DNA from: Squalus acanthias
Taxonomy: Eukaryota
NCBI GenBank assembly: GCA_030390025.1
Contig: CM059431.1
Coordinates: forward strand, 105,960,001-106,024,000
DNA length: 64,000 nt
Reading direction: 5' to 3'
The notes under the pieces are model-generated. The model had not been told where the DNA came from, did no database searches, and was given only the letters and a program-made list of their open reading frames with translations. The position numbers were made by a program, and so were the translations under genes. Below are positions 12,402-25,700 of the stretch, piece by piece. The stretch's first letter is position 1. The number at the start of each line of letters is the position of its first letter.

Positions 12402-12829
12402 GGAAACAAACTTTTAATCCTGTTACGAATAGTTGCAGTCTCAGCTTGTGTGTTGATCTCGATATTCAATTGCAGCATAAGCCCAATGCTGGAGTTGAAT
12501 CCTGAGACCAGTGCATTTATTGCTCCGAACAGAGATCAGGCCTCCTGCTCTACTGTTGTACATCGATTCCAGTTTGTTCATCCTGACTAGCTTCCTTCGT
12601 TTACCTCCCCCTCCACCCGCTGCTTTCTGGGGCAGGATAGCAGCTGAGCAAGTGACAGGCTCTTGCACAGCTTCAGAAACAGCTCTGATGTTCTGCAGGT
12701 GAGGCACCAGATGAATGAGAGAAATCAAGTTGAGGTTAGTTCCCATGGCGGGACCTCGCTCAGCTTAGAACTGACAAAACTTGTTACAGGCAGTGAGAAG
12801 GCGACTGGACTGACAGCCGCTGCTAGCAC

Positions 12830-13195
12830 ATGAATCATGAAGGGTTTAGATCGAGTAAATAAAGAGAAACTGTTTCCAATGGCTGAAGGGTCGATAATGA
12901 GAGGGCAGAGTTTTAAAGTGATTGGCAAAATAACCAGAGGCGACGTGAGGGAAAACTTTTTTTACACAACGAGTGTTTAGGATTTAGAATACGCTGCCTG
13001 ATGGGCGGTGGGCACAGATTCAATAGTAGCCTTCAAAAGAGAGTTGGATAAATACTTGAAGGAGAAAAAATTGCAGGGATATGGGAAAAGAGCAGGGGGA
13101 GTGGGACTAACTGGATTGCTCTTCGAAAGAGCCGGCGCAGACTCGATGGGCCGAATGGCCTCCTTCTGTGCTGTACTATTCTATGATACTATGAA
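12830..13195 (+). mobile_element. CR1 LINE 3' fragment
   Basis: IMKGLDRVNKEKLFPMAE and ctatga tail. Confidence 0.8.
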
Positions 13196-13252
13196 CTTTG
13201 TAACACATGAACTGGCTGAATCAATATTCAGGCGAAGATATCTTTCACTATG

Positions 13253-13828
13253 GGGCCTAAATTGATTGGCGCCTGAAACCGGGATCAACGTGGTATGTAG
13301 TCATGGCGACCAGATGGAGGGGCCCAAGGACCATAAATTTGTCTTCGGGTCTCACTATCATAATTGGTGCAGGAAGCTTGCCCGTCCAGGCCTGTCAAAC
13401 TTTGGCCGGCCTAGACAGGTGAGGCACACAGGTGAGTCCGAGGAGGGGGCAGGGTAATCGGGAGGTGGGGGCTCGGGGGAGCGGGGGGGGGGGGGGGGGG
13501 GGGGTGGTGCGAGTGCAGGCCGACAGTGGCCAGAGTATTAAAATAAGTTCAAAAAACTTACCTGCAGGCTTTTTTTCCACCACCTCTAGTAGGCCCGTTG
13601 GTTAGGCTGCTGTTAGGCCTGAAATAGTAGTTGGAAACTTACGGCACCGCAAGCTCCAATTTGACAATGTGTGCAGGAGTCACTATTCAGATGGACGGCC
13701 TAAATAAAGGCCCTGCCAAATTTAGCAATGGCCCGGGCGCCCATGCGAATCGCACGTGGGCCTTCTCGCTGCTAAATCTGTTGTTGTTGTGCTTGTAAAA
13801 CAGGAGCAGCAGTGTTGAATTCAGACTC
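13253..13828. mobile_element. Possible degenerate Harbinger-type MITE with internal poly-G
   Basis: Ends gggcctaaatt / aattcagactc resemble the other TIRs; GC-rich interior; no clean TSD. Confidence 0.35.
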
Positions 13829-14877
13829 CTGTGCTTCTTAAATCAGCTGCGCACATTAATTTGGCACAGTTGATAGCGGAATTACTGTCATTGTGATCCT
13901 ATCAGCAGCAGTCTGTTCCTTTTAAAACATTTTGAGGCCGTCACGTTTGCCATCGCACTGGGAATCAATTTGGAGGGGCATAAAGTAAGCCTGCTCAAGT
14001 CGTGCGTTCCTGTCAAACTGCACTCTTTGACCCTCATGAGTGCATATTGAATTTACATCAAAAAATAGACACACATGGCTCTTTTATGTAAGCAAGTGAG
14101 AGCTGCATTGTTTGATTTAACAGAAAGACACAGCTTGTACAGTTACGCAATAGAGATAAAAAAAGATCTGCAAATGCTGGAAATAGGAAATAAAAGAAAG
14201 AGAATTCTGCAAACATTCAGCAAGTCATTCGGCATTTGGAAAGAGAAAAAGTTAGTTCGACCCTTCAGTAAAATGGAGAACATCCAAAACTTTATAACCC
14301 ATCTTTTCTCTTTTCAAATGCTGATGGACAAAGCATTTTCTGCTTTAATTAAAACATTATCAAGTCCATGTCAGCTTGATTTAGGAAGCCAACAGATAAG
14401 ACTATTGTGATTTTTTTGGGGGGTTCCTGCCATCATTTCTGATGAATGTAGTAATAAGTTCAACTAGAAAACTGACATTTTGTTTTCCTTACAGGCAGAT
14501 CAATGCACAACTTTGGTTTTTTTTGCAAATGACTATGTTTATTCTGTAAAGACCTTGAATAATAAGGATCATGTGTTAATAGAATTGTACAAGATGCACA
14601 AAGGCAATGGGGAAGCAAACCTCAACACAGGGAATAAGGTCACGTAAAGGCTGATCAATAGATCCCAAGGTTGTTAATGGCCCAGCAATGGGTGATTTAC
14701 CAGCCATATCACATGACTCAGATTGTGTGTTGTGATGGGCTGGTCATGGGCTCCCTGGTGCAATAAGAGCTTGCCAAACACACTACTTTCTGCTCATACT
14801 TCGAGCAGGCATTCAATTGTAATGAGCGTTGAAGTTCTGACAATGTATGTGAGTCTTTCTAACCGTAAACCTCAGTA

Positions 14878-15579
14878 CGACAACTTGTATTTATACAGCG
14901 CCTTTAATGCAGTAAAACGTCCCAAGGCGCTTCACAGTAGCGTTCTAAAACAAAATTTGGCACCGAGCCACATAAGGGCAACACGGTGGCATAGTGGTTA
15001 GCACTGTTGCCTCACAGCGCCAGAGACCCGGGTTCGAATCCGGCCTCGGGTGACTGTCTGTGTGGAGTTTGCACATTCTCCCCGTGTCTGCGTGGGTTTC
15101 CTCCGGGTGCTCCGGTTTCCTCCCACAGTCCAAAAAGATGTGCGGGTTAGGTTGATTTGGCTATGATAAATTGACCCTTAGTGTTAGGGGGATTACATAC
15201 GTGGGGTTACGGGGATAGGGTGGGATATGTGTCGGTGCAGGCTCGATGGGCCGAAATGGCCTCTATCTGCACTGTGGGGATTCTGTGATTCTGAGATATA
15301 AGGGCAGATGACCAAAAGCTTGGGTCAAAGAGCTAGGTTTTAAGAAACGTCTTAAAGGGGGAAAGAGAGGTAGAGGGGCGGAGAGGTTTAGGGAGGGAAT
15401 TCCAGAGCTTAGGGCCCAGGCAGCTGAAGGCGCAGCTGCCAATGGTGGAGCGATTAAAATCAGGGATGCTCAAGTGGCCAGAATTAGAGGAGCGCAGATA
15501 TCTCGGGGTGCTGTAGGGCTGGAGGAGATTACAGAGATAGGGAGGGGCGAGGCCATGGAGGGATTTGAAAACAAGGATG
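14878..15579 (-). mobile_element. L2-type 3' fragment interrupted by HE1 SINE
   Basis: L2 tail resumes after 15295. Confidence 0.8.
14977..15292 (+). mobile_element. HE1-like V-SINE
   Basis: tRNA head, V domain tgtgtggagtttgcacattctccccgtgtctgcgtgggtttcctccgggtgctccggtttcctcccaca, CR1-like tail. Confidence 0.85.
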
Positions 15580-15838
15580 CCTCACCATCACCAAGTGCAC
15601 GCATTACAATTTGTTCATTTTATTCCATCTTTCACGTATAAATTGGGATCCAATTAGCCATTTGGCAAAAGAGCTGAAACAAATTGTGAAGAGAATACTG
15701 AAAGCTTTGAAATTTGTAAATAATTATTGGGCAGTGTTTAATAAGTGTTAACATGTGCAATTTTTAACAACACCAATAATCCATTTAGTGCAATAATTTA
15801 GACTTTAAATATCGTTCAGTATAATGACTTACCATGAG

Positions 15839-16262
15839 GTGTCAGCTGTGACTCAGTTGGTAGCACCCTTGCCTCTGAGTCAGAAGGTTGTGGGTTCATG
15901 GTCCCACTCCAGAGACTTGAGCACAAAAATCTAGGCTGACACTCCCAGTGGAGTGCTGCAGTGTTGTAGGTGCCATCTTTGGGCTGAAACATTAACTCAA
16001 GTCTGCCCTCTCAAGTGGGTGTAAAAGATCCTGTGGCACTCGTTTCGAAGAAGAACAGTGGGAGTTATCCCTGGTGTCCTGGCCAATATTTATCCCTCAA
16101 CCAACATCACTAAAGCAGATTATCTGTTCATGATTGTGCGAGCTTGCTGTGCGCAAATTGGCTGCCACATTATAACAGTGACTGCACTTCATTGGCTGTA
16201 AAGTGCTTTGGAACGTCCGGAGGTTGTGAAAGGTGCTATATAAATGCAAGTTCTTTCTTTCT
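15839..16262 (+). mobile_element. DeuSINE
   Basis: Homology to other copies. Confidence 0.8.
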
Positions 16263-17435
16263 TCCTCTAAGGTGTCCTTGGCAGAAAAGGATTCAGATGC
16301 GCTGCAGATTAAATGCCTTGGCCTCCAACTTCAGTGGTTTATCAACACACGGAAGCCGTTTATTGGCTATCACACTTGAGGCCAACAAGCATTATCTCCT
16401 TTTTTCACCCTGTACTGCAGCCTCTCTCCCCAACTAACAGGCCAAATGTGATTCTCACCTCCTGGGCCAGGAAACACCTCTTCCCCAATTCAGATTAAAT
16501 TGGCATGAATTCCTGGTATCTGGAGTTGCTAAATGGACTGAAGAGATTGTGTCCCAGATGCCTATGCAGAAAGCATTGAAGTTGCAAGGCTTTGACCCTG
16601 CCATTCAGGAACATGAACACCTTTTAGCTTTAAGTTTGATCTGTACAATATGTACAAACCATATTCATTTCCCTCTAATTAAAAAGAGCACACATGAACT
16701 AAACTCAATAAACTTTATGCTTTCAGTAAAAAAGCAATTCAGTGCTCTCTGACAACTGTGAAGCCATATTATTCATTGAACTATTAAATATTGATGCATT
16801 GCATAGTTTACCTTAGTGCATAGTCTTTTGGGAATGCAAAAGCTCACTCAAACTCCAAAGCGTGCTAGCCTAGCCATCTTTAAATTGTTTCTTTTAACTA
16901 ACACAATGATTTCAATTTCTGTACGATACCATATCACAAGTGACACAATGGAGGGCTATGTCACTGTACAGTAATTATACCTATAAGATGAGAGTGCATT
17001 CATATCTCTGTGGCTTTTGTGAAGATGTTGTAAAGTTTCATACCCACTGCAGCAGAAGAGCCAATATTCGAGAGCCAAAAAGTAAGCTGAGTTGGTGATG
17101 GAGCAGTCAGAATTCAGCTTTTCCAGTATTTGAAATGGGTGGCAGCTGTATACATGTCTCCTGTACCAGCGTCAGGTTTTTTGAAAACTGTAATGTACAC
17201 TTTGCCCAAGCAAGTGTCAGCTGTGGCTCAGTGGGTAGCACTATCACCTCTGAGTCAGAAGGTTGTGGGTTCAGGTCCCACTCCAGAGACTTGAGCACAA
17301 AAATCTAGGCCTGACACACCTGTGCAGTACTGAGGGAGCGCTGACACTGTTGCAGGTGCCGTCGTTCGGATGAGATGTTAAAACCGAGGCCCCGTCTGCT
17401 CTCTCAGGTGGATGTAAAAGATCCCATGGTTCTCT

Positions 17436-17570
17436 ACTTCACCTGAGGAAGGGGCGATCGATAGCTCCGAAAGCTTGTGATTTCAAATAAAACTGTTGGA
17501 CTATAACCTGGTTTTGTGCGACCTCTCAATTTTGTCCACCCCAGTCCAACACCGGCATCTCCGCATCATG
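17436..17570 (+). mobile_element. Short hammerhead-bearing insert (probable Penelope-type terminal repeat, second family)
   Basis: Second copy at 56423-56551 has a TSD; hammerhead core at the 5' end; contains AATAAA. Confidence 0.65.
17439..17480 (+). ncRNA. Minimal type I hammerhead ribozyme motif
   Basis: TCAC-CTGAGGA-A-GGGGC gatcgata GCTCC-GAAA-GCTT-GTGA: stem I, stem II and palindromic helix III. Confidence 0.7.
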
Positions 17571-18245
17571 ACCACTATTTTGAAGAACAGCAGAGGAGTG
17601 ATCCCCAGTGTCCTGGCCAATATTTATCCCTCGATTAACATCACTAAAACAGATTATCTGGTCATTATCACATTGCTGTTTGTGGGAGCTTGCTGTGTGC
17701 AAATTGGCTGCCATGTTTCCGACATTACAACAATAACTACACTTCAAAAAGGACTTAATTGGCTGTAAAGCGCTTTGGGACATCCGGTGGTCGTGAAAGG
17801 CGCTATATAAATGTAAGTCCTTCTTTCTTTCAAGAAGATTACGAATGGCAGTACACAACAGCAGGTAGATTATGTTGCTCATGCACTACATTTCATATCA
17901 AAGGAATGGGAGTAGGTCAGTCAGCTCCTCGAGCCTGCTCTGCCATTCAATTAGATCATGGCTGATCTGTACCTCAACTCAATTGACCCACCTTTGATCT
18001 GTATCCCTTGATATCCTTGCCTAAGAAAAATCTATTGGTCTCAGTCTTGAATTCTCCAATTGTCCTAGCATTCACAAACTTTTGGGGGAGAGAATTCCAG
18101 CTTCCTACTACACTTTGTGCGAAAAAGGGTAGGTGTGAAAAATATTAATGAATACATTAGATTTCAGTGTGTCTGATCAATATTACTCACCTTGACTCCT
18201 CCAGTTCCTTTCAATAAATTCCCAATGAGTTTTTAAACTGATAAT

Positions 18246-19016
18246 GGCCCAGAATTTGCGGTCCTGATGATGGCGAACTGTCAGCGTTCGCCGTCATTCC
18301 GCCTTTGAAACCGACCACAACTGTAGGATTTAGCGCGCGCGCAGCCGAACATAGATATCCTGAAGTTGCGGTCAGTCATTCACTGCTCCTCCACAGGCTG
18401 CGCTGTGCCTGCCCCACATCCTCCGCACAGAGCCGGCAATCAGTGAAATCACTCAAATCAGGGAAACTGAGGAAAACTTTGGCTTCTCCACAGTAATTAC
18501 GCTGTTAAATTCCCCACTAAAAGTTAGACCCAAAGGGATTAGGTATAACGGGGGTTTTAATAGCGTATTGACTACTAAACAAAGGTTATGTGCCTGAAAA
18601 ACTCATTTTAATTTTGTGCAGTGTCAAATTTATCCATTTTAATAAAACTTAAATTTTTTAAGAAACTTTTTTAAAAAAAGTTTGTTCATCTTTATTTCAA
18701 GTTTTCCTTTTCCTTGTGTGAGAGCCCCAATCTTTGTTCTACTCTTTCAAACATTTTTAAAAAGTTAGAATTTTAAGAGCTTACCCACTTCCTGGTTCGC
18801 TGTCTGTGAGAATTCTGTGTTTTGATTGGCTGCTTAGACAGCCTGTTGCCGTCACAGCAGCTCGCGCTAGGGGATCCCCACTCTACTTCCTTGATTTGAA
18901 TTATGCGTCAGAAACCCGAACTTCTCGACACAGCGATCACTTGATGTTTGTGCGAAGCGTACTTCAGGGCCAGCGGCGAACGCCTTTGCTTCGCCGCTGT
19001 CTGCAAATTCCGGGCC
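18246..19016. mobile_element. PIF/Harbinger-type MITE
   Basis: TIRs ggcccagaatttgc / gcaaattccgggcc (13/14), TSD AAT on both sides; related copy at 47221. Confidence 0.85.
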
Positions 19017-19864
19017 AATGTCACTACAGTCATTAACTTGGAACTCATGCCCTCTTGAAAAAGAAGCATTTCTGTAGTATTCCAGCTTCCTTATACTGCT
19101 GAATCCACCTTTCTCCTGTCATAGGGTAGATTGGACAGTGGCAGAACCGTAGATGAACAAGCGCACGTGTACAAGCCTGTAGATGCGCAATTGATTAAAT
19201 GTCGGTGATCACAATTTCGTTTCGGGCAAATCTTCTGATGGCTGGGCAAGAAGCTTACAGCCCACTGAGAGAGAGAACAAAAAGACACCGGGGATGAGGC
19301 TGCGGGAAACTATGCTGATCTTTGGCTCCTGTGAAGAATAGCAACGCTGCCTCTGCAGAGGCCAGTGAAAAAATAAAACATCTGTTTGAGCATCTGGAGG
19401 CCGTGACACTTCCTCAGTCATCTTACACTCCAACCTCAAATCGGGCCTCCTGCCAGTGGCAGACAGCAACGTATAGGGCTCATTGCTGTCACTTCTTTTT
19501 TTTATCCCACAACTGCTCGTCCCCACAGACACTTTATTCTCATTTCCTTATCACTGCAAGTGCAGGCAGCTCTCGAAATGGCCAGTGTAATCGGAACCTC
19601 GACCAAACTGCAAACACTGGCAAGTCAATGCAAAAAGGGGTTTGATTTATAGTGACTTGATTGCAAAGTGGCTCTTGTTGAACGCATCTCTCTATGAAAA
19701 CTACACGGTGTTATTCACACTCTCACCCACTTATTTCGCTGGCAAAAAGAAAGTGACAAGAGTAAGAATCTACTTAAGCTGAACATCCATCATGGAAAAC
19801 TCATTGCCTGTTGAAACTGGACTCTTCCTGGCATGCACTGTTGGGGAAAGTTTCCAACTTTACT

Positions 19865-20030
19865 TATATTCAAGGCTGAGATCGATAGATTTTTGACTCT
19901 AGGGCAATCAAGGGATCTGGGGATCGGGCGGGAAAGTGGAGTTGAGGTCGAAGATCAGCCATGATCTTATTGAATGGCGGAGCAGGCTCGAGGGGCCGTA
20001 TGGTCTACTCCTGCTCCTAATTCTTATGTT
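19865..20030 (+). mobile_element. CR1 tail fragment
   Basis: Homology to other CR1 3' ends. Confidence 0.8.
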
Positions 20031-20492
20031 CTTGTGCTCTTATTACTGGTGGAGAACTTTTGCCTGATGGCAGTTCATATCGGACGTTCTGGCACAGTGC
20101 ATGACTGCTGTGGCCTTCAGTGGGTCTTGGTTTGCGATCTTCTGGGGCGCGTTTTCCCTTTCGAGGCCCCTCCCTGATCTTTCGGTGTGCCCCCACCACA
20201 GCATCACTAGACTTTCCTGCTTTGCATAGGCGGGTTCCCACCTGATGACGGGAAACCCGCTGGGAGCTTCCCGTGCGTGCTTTATAAACTCCGACCCAGG
20301 AAAATTGGTCGGGACTGGGCAGGTACAGAGGAACGGGTGGAAGTCTTGTTTGTCCGGGACATCGAGAAAATCTCCCTCCTTTATCTCCTCTCTGTCCTGT
20401 GAGGAGCACTGGTTGTTTGGCTTTGCTGAATGAAATGGGGTATCATTGGCTGATGGCGTGGCTTTGGCACATTTTTGAGGACCACCAGTCAT

Positions 20493-21142
20493 CATAGAAA
20501 TTTACAGCACGGAAGGAGGCCGTTCAGCCTATCGTGTCCACGCCGGTCGACAAAGCGCTATCCAGCCTAATCCCTCCTGCCAGCTCTTGGCCCGTAGACT
20601 TGTAGACCACGGCACCTCAAGTTTATTTTGAATGCGATGAGGGTTTCTGCCTCTACCTCCCTTTCAGGCAGTGAGTTCCAGGCCCCCACCACCCTCTGGG
20701 TGAAAACATTTCCCCTCAAACCCCCCCTCTAAACCTCTTACCATTTACTTTAAATCTATGCCCCTGGTTGTTGACCCCTCTACCAAAGGAGACAGTTCCT
20801 TCCTATCCACTCTATCTGGCTCTTCTATATAATTCAACAGTTCCACTTGTAGGCGTGTCCAAAACTAGAGGCCATAAATACAAGATCGTCACTAATAAAT
20901 GCAATCGGGAATTCAGGAGAAACCCAGGCAGGGGTAAGAATGTGGAACGAGCTACCACATGGAGTGGTTGAGGCGAATAGCACAGATGAATTTCAAGGGA
21001 AGCGAGATAAGCACATGAGGGAGAAAGGAATTGAAGGATATGCTGAGAGAGTTAGAGGAAGAGGAATGGGAGGAGGCTCTTGTGGAGCATGAACGCCAGC
21101 ATAGACCAGTTGGGCCGAATGGCCTGTTTCTGTACTGTAGAC
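20493..21142. mobile_element. Two adjacent CR1 3' fragments in opposite orientation (about 20493-20815 minus, 20840-21142 plus)
   Basis: CR1 ORF2-end motifs on each strand. Confidence 0.7.
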
Positions 21143-22324
21143 TCGACGTAACAGATTATTGAGAGCGTTAAGTTTTACGTTATGAAGGACCTGTCTTCGT
21201 GCCCAGCACACCGGGCGCACATATCACAATATTATACCCCCTCCAGCCCGTGAGTTTCCATCCATTACTTTTAATCCGCAGAAAAGCTTCGCTGGCAGTG
21301 TGCAATTTTGAAATATGTGAGCCCAGTGTGTACTGGGTGCACTCGAATGGAAAATTTACCCTTACGTTTTAACGAAAGTTACATTTTAGAACATGCACAC
21401 TTTGTATCGGTTTAGCCTGACAGAACAGTTGTGCACAAAGCTCTCTTCCAGTTAGAAATTCTATTCCCGGTCTGACGTGATTAAATTACCTCGCGTTTTT
21501 AATATAAACTATCTAATGAAAATTCACTCCATCAAATCACAGAGTCAACCCATCTAATTAAGTGACAAGTTAACCTGTAACAGGATATATAAACAGTTCT
21601 ACAACTGGCATAGTTCTCAATATTGAACAATTATGGGGTAATTAAATAGTGTCAGTAAATTGATAAATGTTGAAGGCGAACATTTCAATCTGCCGTATAA
21701 AATATTAATAAAACTTCTGACGTTTAACAGTAATAAAAATAGCTACCTACAATGTTTATCGCCAAAATTCATTGCTTTATTCATTTTTTTCCTTAAGTAA
21801 AACGTCATCAGAAAGGGAAAGTAGCCTTAACAGCACATCTAACTTTCACTGCAACAGCAGAGTGTGAATTTATGCGATTTGTATAACGCTGCTGACCTTT
21901 GTTCAGCTACAGAAAAATTGCTTTAAAATGCTTTACAAAGATATTTGACTCTTTAAGCAGCCAGATCGAGACACTTCAAGAACACACAGTATCTAGTGTT
22001 TCCATCGTGCTTGGGTACAGCAATCACACAAAAGGGGTTCAGCACACGAACCTGTCAGCCAAGTAGCTATTCTTTACAGCATGAACAGTAAATGGGCATT
22101 CCACTGCAGCAGGTATCATCAGTCAAACTCTGTCTTCACCTGATATCACATGCAAGCACCGCGATGAGGAGTCAGAGCCCAGGCCAATCGTTCTCCTGCC
22201 TTAGCCCAGGGACATTGCAGCCAACTGTAACATCCCCACCACTATCCCACGTAGATCAGCTCACTCAAAAGGCTCCAAAGAGTGAACTGGGGAGCTTCCG
22301 AGTTAATATGGCTCAGTAACACAT

Positions 22325-22525
22325 CACAGAATCATAGAATAGCACAGCATAGAAGGAGGTCATTCGGCCCATCGAGTCTGCGCCGGCTCTTTCGAAGAGC
22401 AATCCAGTTAGTCCGACTCCCCACCCCCACCGCCCGCCCCGTTCTTTCCCCTTATCCCTGCAATTTTTTCTTCTTCAAATATTTATGCAATTTCCTTTTG
22501 AAGGCTACTATTGAATCTGCATCCA
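22325..22525 (-). mobile_element. CR1 tail fragment
   Basis: catagaat tail and CR1 3' UTR. Confidence 0.75.
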
Positions 22526-22793
22526 GCTTCATTACCTATTGTTGCATCAAAGGGGCAGTCAATTGCTGAGTTGGGCGGGGAGCAACTGCGCCCATATTTC
22601 AACTCTTGGCTTAACGTGAGGATGGTTAGACCTTTCAAGTGCGGAGCGTGGTAACATCACTTGCTCCGAAGGACAGCGAGACCCAGCATGATCGCTGGCA
22701 AGGATTTCATTATAGCATAAAACAAAGTGATTCATCTGTGATAGATTTTTGATATAAAAATGGTCTAATAGAGAAAAAAAATACAAGGCAGTT

Positions 22794-25700
22794 CAACAAC
22801 AACAACTTGTATTTATATAGCACCTTTAATGTAGTAAAACGTCCCAAGGCACTTCACAGGAGTATTATCCACCAAAATTGGACACCGAGCCACACAAGGA
22901 GATATTAGGACAGGTTGGTTACAGAGTTAGGTTTTGAGAAGTGTCTTAAAGGAGGAGAGAGAGCTAGATTGGCGGAGAGATTTAGGGAGGGAATTCCAGA
23001 ACTTAGGGCACAGGCAGCTGGAGGCACAACCACCAATGGTGGAGGGATGAAAATCGGGGCTGCACAAGAGGCCAGAATTAGAGGAGCGCAGACATCTCGG
23101 AGGGCTGTAGGTCTGGAGGAGGTGACAGAGATAGGCCGTGGAGGGATTTGAAAACAAGGATAAGAATTTTAAAATTGAGGCATTGCCGGACCGGGAACCA
23201 ACGTAAGTCAGCGAGCACAGGCATGACTGGGACTTGGTACGAGTTAGGATACAAGGCAGCAGAGTTTTTGATAAGCTCAAGTTTACAGAGGGTGGCAGAT
23301 GGGAAACCGGCTAGGAGTGCATTGGAATAGTCAAGTCTAGAGGTAACAAAGGCAAGGATGAGGTTTTCAGCAACAGATGAGCTTGAGGCAGGGCGGAATC
23401 AGACGATGTTACAGTGGTTGAAACAGGCGGTCATACTGATGGAGCGAATATGTAGTTGGAACCTTATCTTGGTTCAGCCTCAGAGAGTTGCCAGGGAGAG
23501 TGATGGAGTCAGTGGCTAGGGAACAGAGTTTCTGGCGGAGACTGAAGACAGTTGCTTCGGTCTTTCCAATATTTAGCTGGAGGAAATTTCAGCTCATCCA
23601 GTACTGGATGTTGGACAAGCAGTGTGACACAGTAAAGAGAGTGGAGAGGTCGAGAGAGGTGATAGTGAGGTAGAGCTGGGTGTCATCAGCGTACATGTGG
23701 AACCTGATGTTGTGCTCACAGATGATGTTGCCAAGAGGCAGCATATAGATCATAGAATGGTTACTGCACGGAAGAAGGCCATTCGGCCCGTCGAGCCCGT
23801 GCCAGCTCTCTGCAAGAGCACCTCAGCTAGTCCCACTCCCTTGCCCTTTCCCCGTAGTCCTGCAATTTTTTTTCTTTCAGGTACTTATCCAACTCCCTTT
23901 TCAAAGCTGTGATTGAGTCTGCCTCCACCACCCTTTCAGGCAGTGCATTCCAGATCCTAACCACTCGCTGCATAAAAAAGTTTTTTCTTATGTCGCCTTT
24001 GGTTCTTTTGCCAATCACCTTAAAGTTGTGTCCTCTGGTTCTCGACCCTTCCGCCAATGGGAACAGTTTGTCTCTATCTACCCTGTCCAGACCCTCATGA
24101 TTTTGAACACCTCTATCAAATCTCCTCACAACCTTCCCTGCTCTAAGGAGAACAACCCCAGCTTCTCCAGTCTATCCACGTAACTGAAGTCCCTCATCCC
24201 TGGAATCATTCTCGTAAATCTTTTCTGCACCCTCTCTAAAGCCTTCACATCCTTCCTAAAGTGCGGTGCCCAGAATTGGACACAATACTCCAGTTGAGGC
24301 CGAACCAGTGTTTTATAAAGGCTCATCATAATTTCCATGCTTTTGTACTGTATGTCTCTATTTATGAAGCCCAGGATCCTGTAAGCTTTTTTAACTGCTT
24401 TCTCAACCTGCCCTGCCACCTTCAACGATTTGTGCACATATACCTCTAGGTCTCTCTGTTCATGCACCCCCTTTAGGATTGTACCTTTTAGTTTATATTT
24501 CCTCTCCTCATTCTTTCTACCAAAATGTATCACTTTGCATTTTTTGCGTTAAATTTCATCTGCCACGTGTCCGCTCATTCCACCAGCCTGTCTATGTCCT
24601 CCTGAAGTCTATCACTATCTTCCTCACTGTTCACTATACTTCCAAGTTATGTGTCATCTGCAAATTTTGAAATTGTGTTCTGTACACCCACATCTAAGTC
24701 ATTAATAAACATCAAGAAAAGCAGACCCCTGGGGAACACCACTGTATACCTTCCTCCAGTCCGAAAAACAACCATTCACCACTACTCTCTGTTTCCTGTC
24801 ACTTAGCCATTTTCATATCCATGCAGCCACTGTCCCTTTTATTCCATGGGCTTCAACTTTGCTGGCAAGCCTATTATGTGGCACTTTGTCGAATGCCTTT
24901 TGTAAATCCATGTACACCACGTCAACCGCATTGCCCTCATCAACCCTCCCTGTTACCTCATCAAAAAACTCGATCAAGTTGGTTAAACACGATTTGCCTT
25001 TAACAAATCCATGCTGGCTTTCCTTAATTAATCCACACTTGTCCAAGTGACTGTTAATTTTGTCCCTGATTATTGTTTCTAAAAGCTTCCCTACTACCGA
25101 GGTTAAACTGACTGGCCTATTGTTGCTGAGTTTATCTTTACACCCTTTTTTGAACAAGGGTGTAACATTTGCAATCCCCCAGTCCTCTGGCACCACCCCC
25201 GTTTCTAAGGAGAATTGGAAGATTATGACCAGTACCTCTGCAATTTCTTCCTTCACTTTCTTCAGCGTCCTCGGATGCATCCCATCGGTCCTGGTAACTT
25301 ATATACTTTAAGTACAGCCAGCCTTTCTAGTACCTCATCTTTATCAATTTTTATCCCATCCAGTATCTCCTCTACCTCCTCCTTCACTATGTCTATGGCA
25401 GCATCTTCTTCCTTGGTGAAGACAGATGCAAAGTACTCATTTAGTACCTCAGCCATACCCTCTGCCTCCATTCACAGGTCTCCTTTTTGGCCCTTAATCG
25501 GCTCCACCCCTCCTCTTACTACCCGTTTACTATTTATATGCCTATAGAAGACTTTTGGATTACCTTTAATGTTAGCTGTCATTCTATTCTAATAACCTCT
25601 CTTTGTCCCTCTTATTTTCTTTTTCACTTCTCCTCTGAACTTTCTATATTTAGCCTGATTCTCAGATGTATTCTCAACCTGACATCTGTCATACGCGCTC

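Larger units (their letters stand above)
17214..17830 (+). mobile_element. DeuSINE with an insert of about 135 bp
   Basis: SINE sequence resumes at about 17572. Confidence 0.8.

Noticed and set aside
19111..19265. Possible minus-strand exon after strong acceptor (GCKLLAQPSEDLPETKL* or WAVSFLPSH...)
   Set aside because: Frame and donor ambiguous; could not be tied to either exon chain with confidence
20043..20495. 150-aa ORF
   Set aside because: No recognisable domain; overlaps CR1 ends and a small palindrome (gcgggttccc...gggaaacccgc) suggestive of MITE debris
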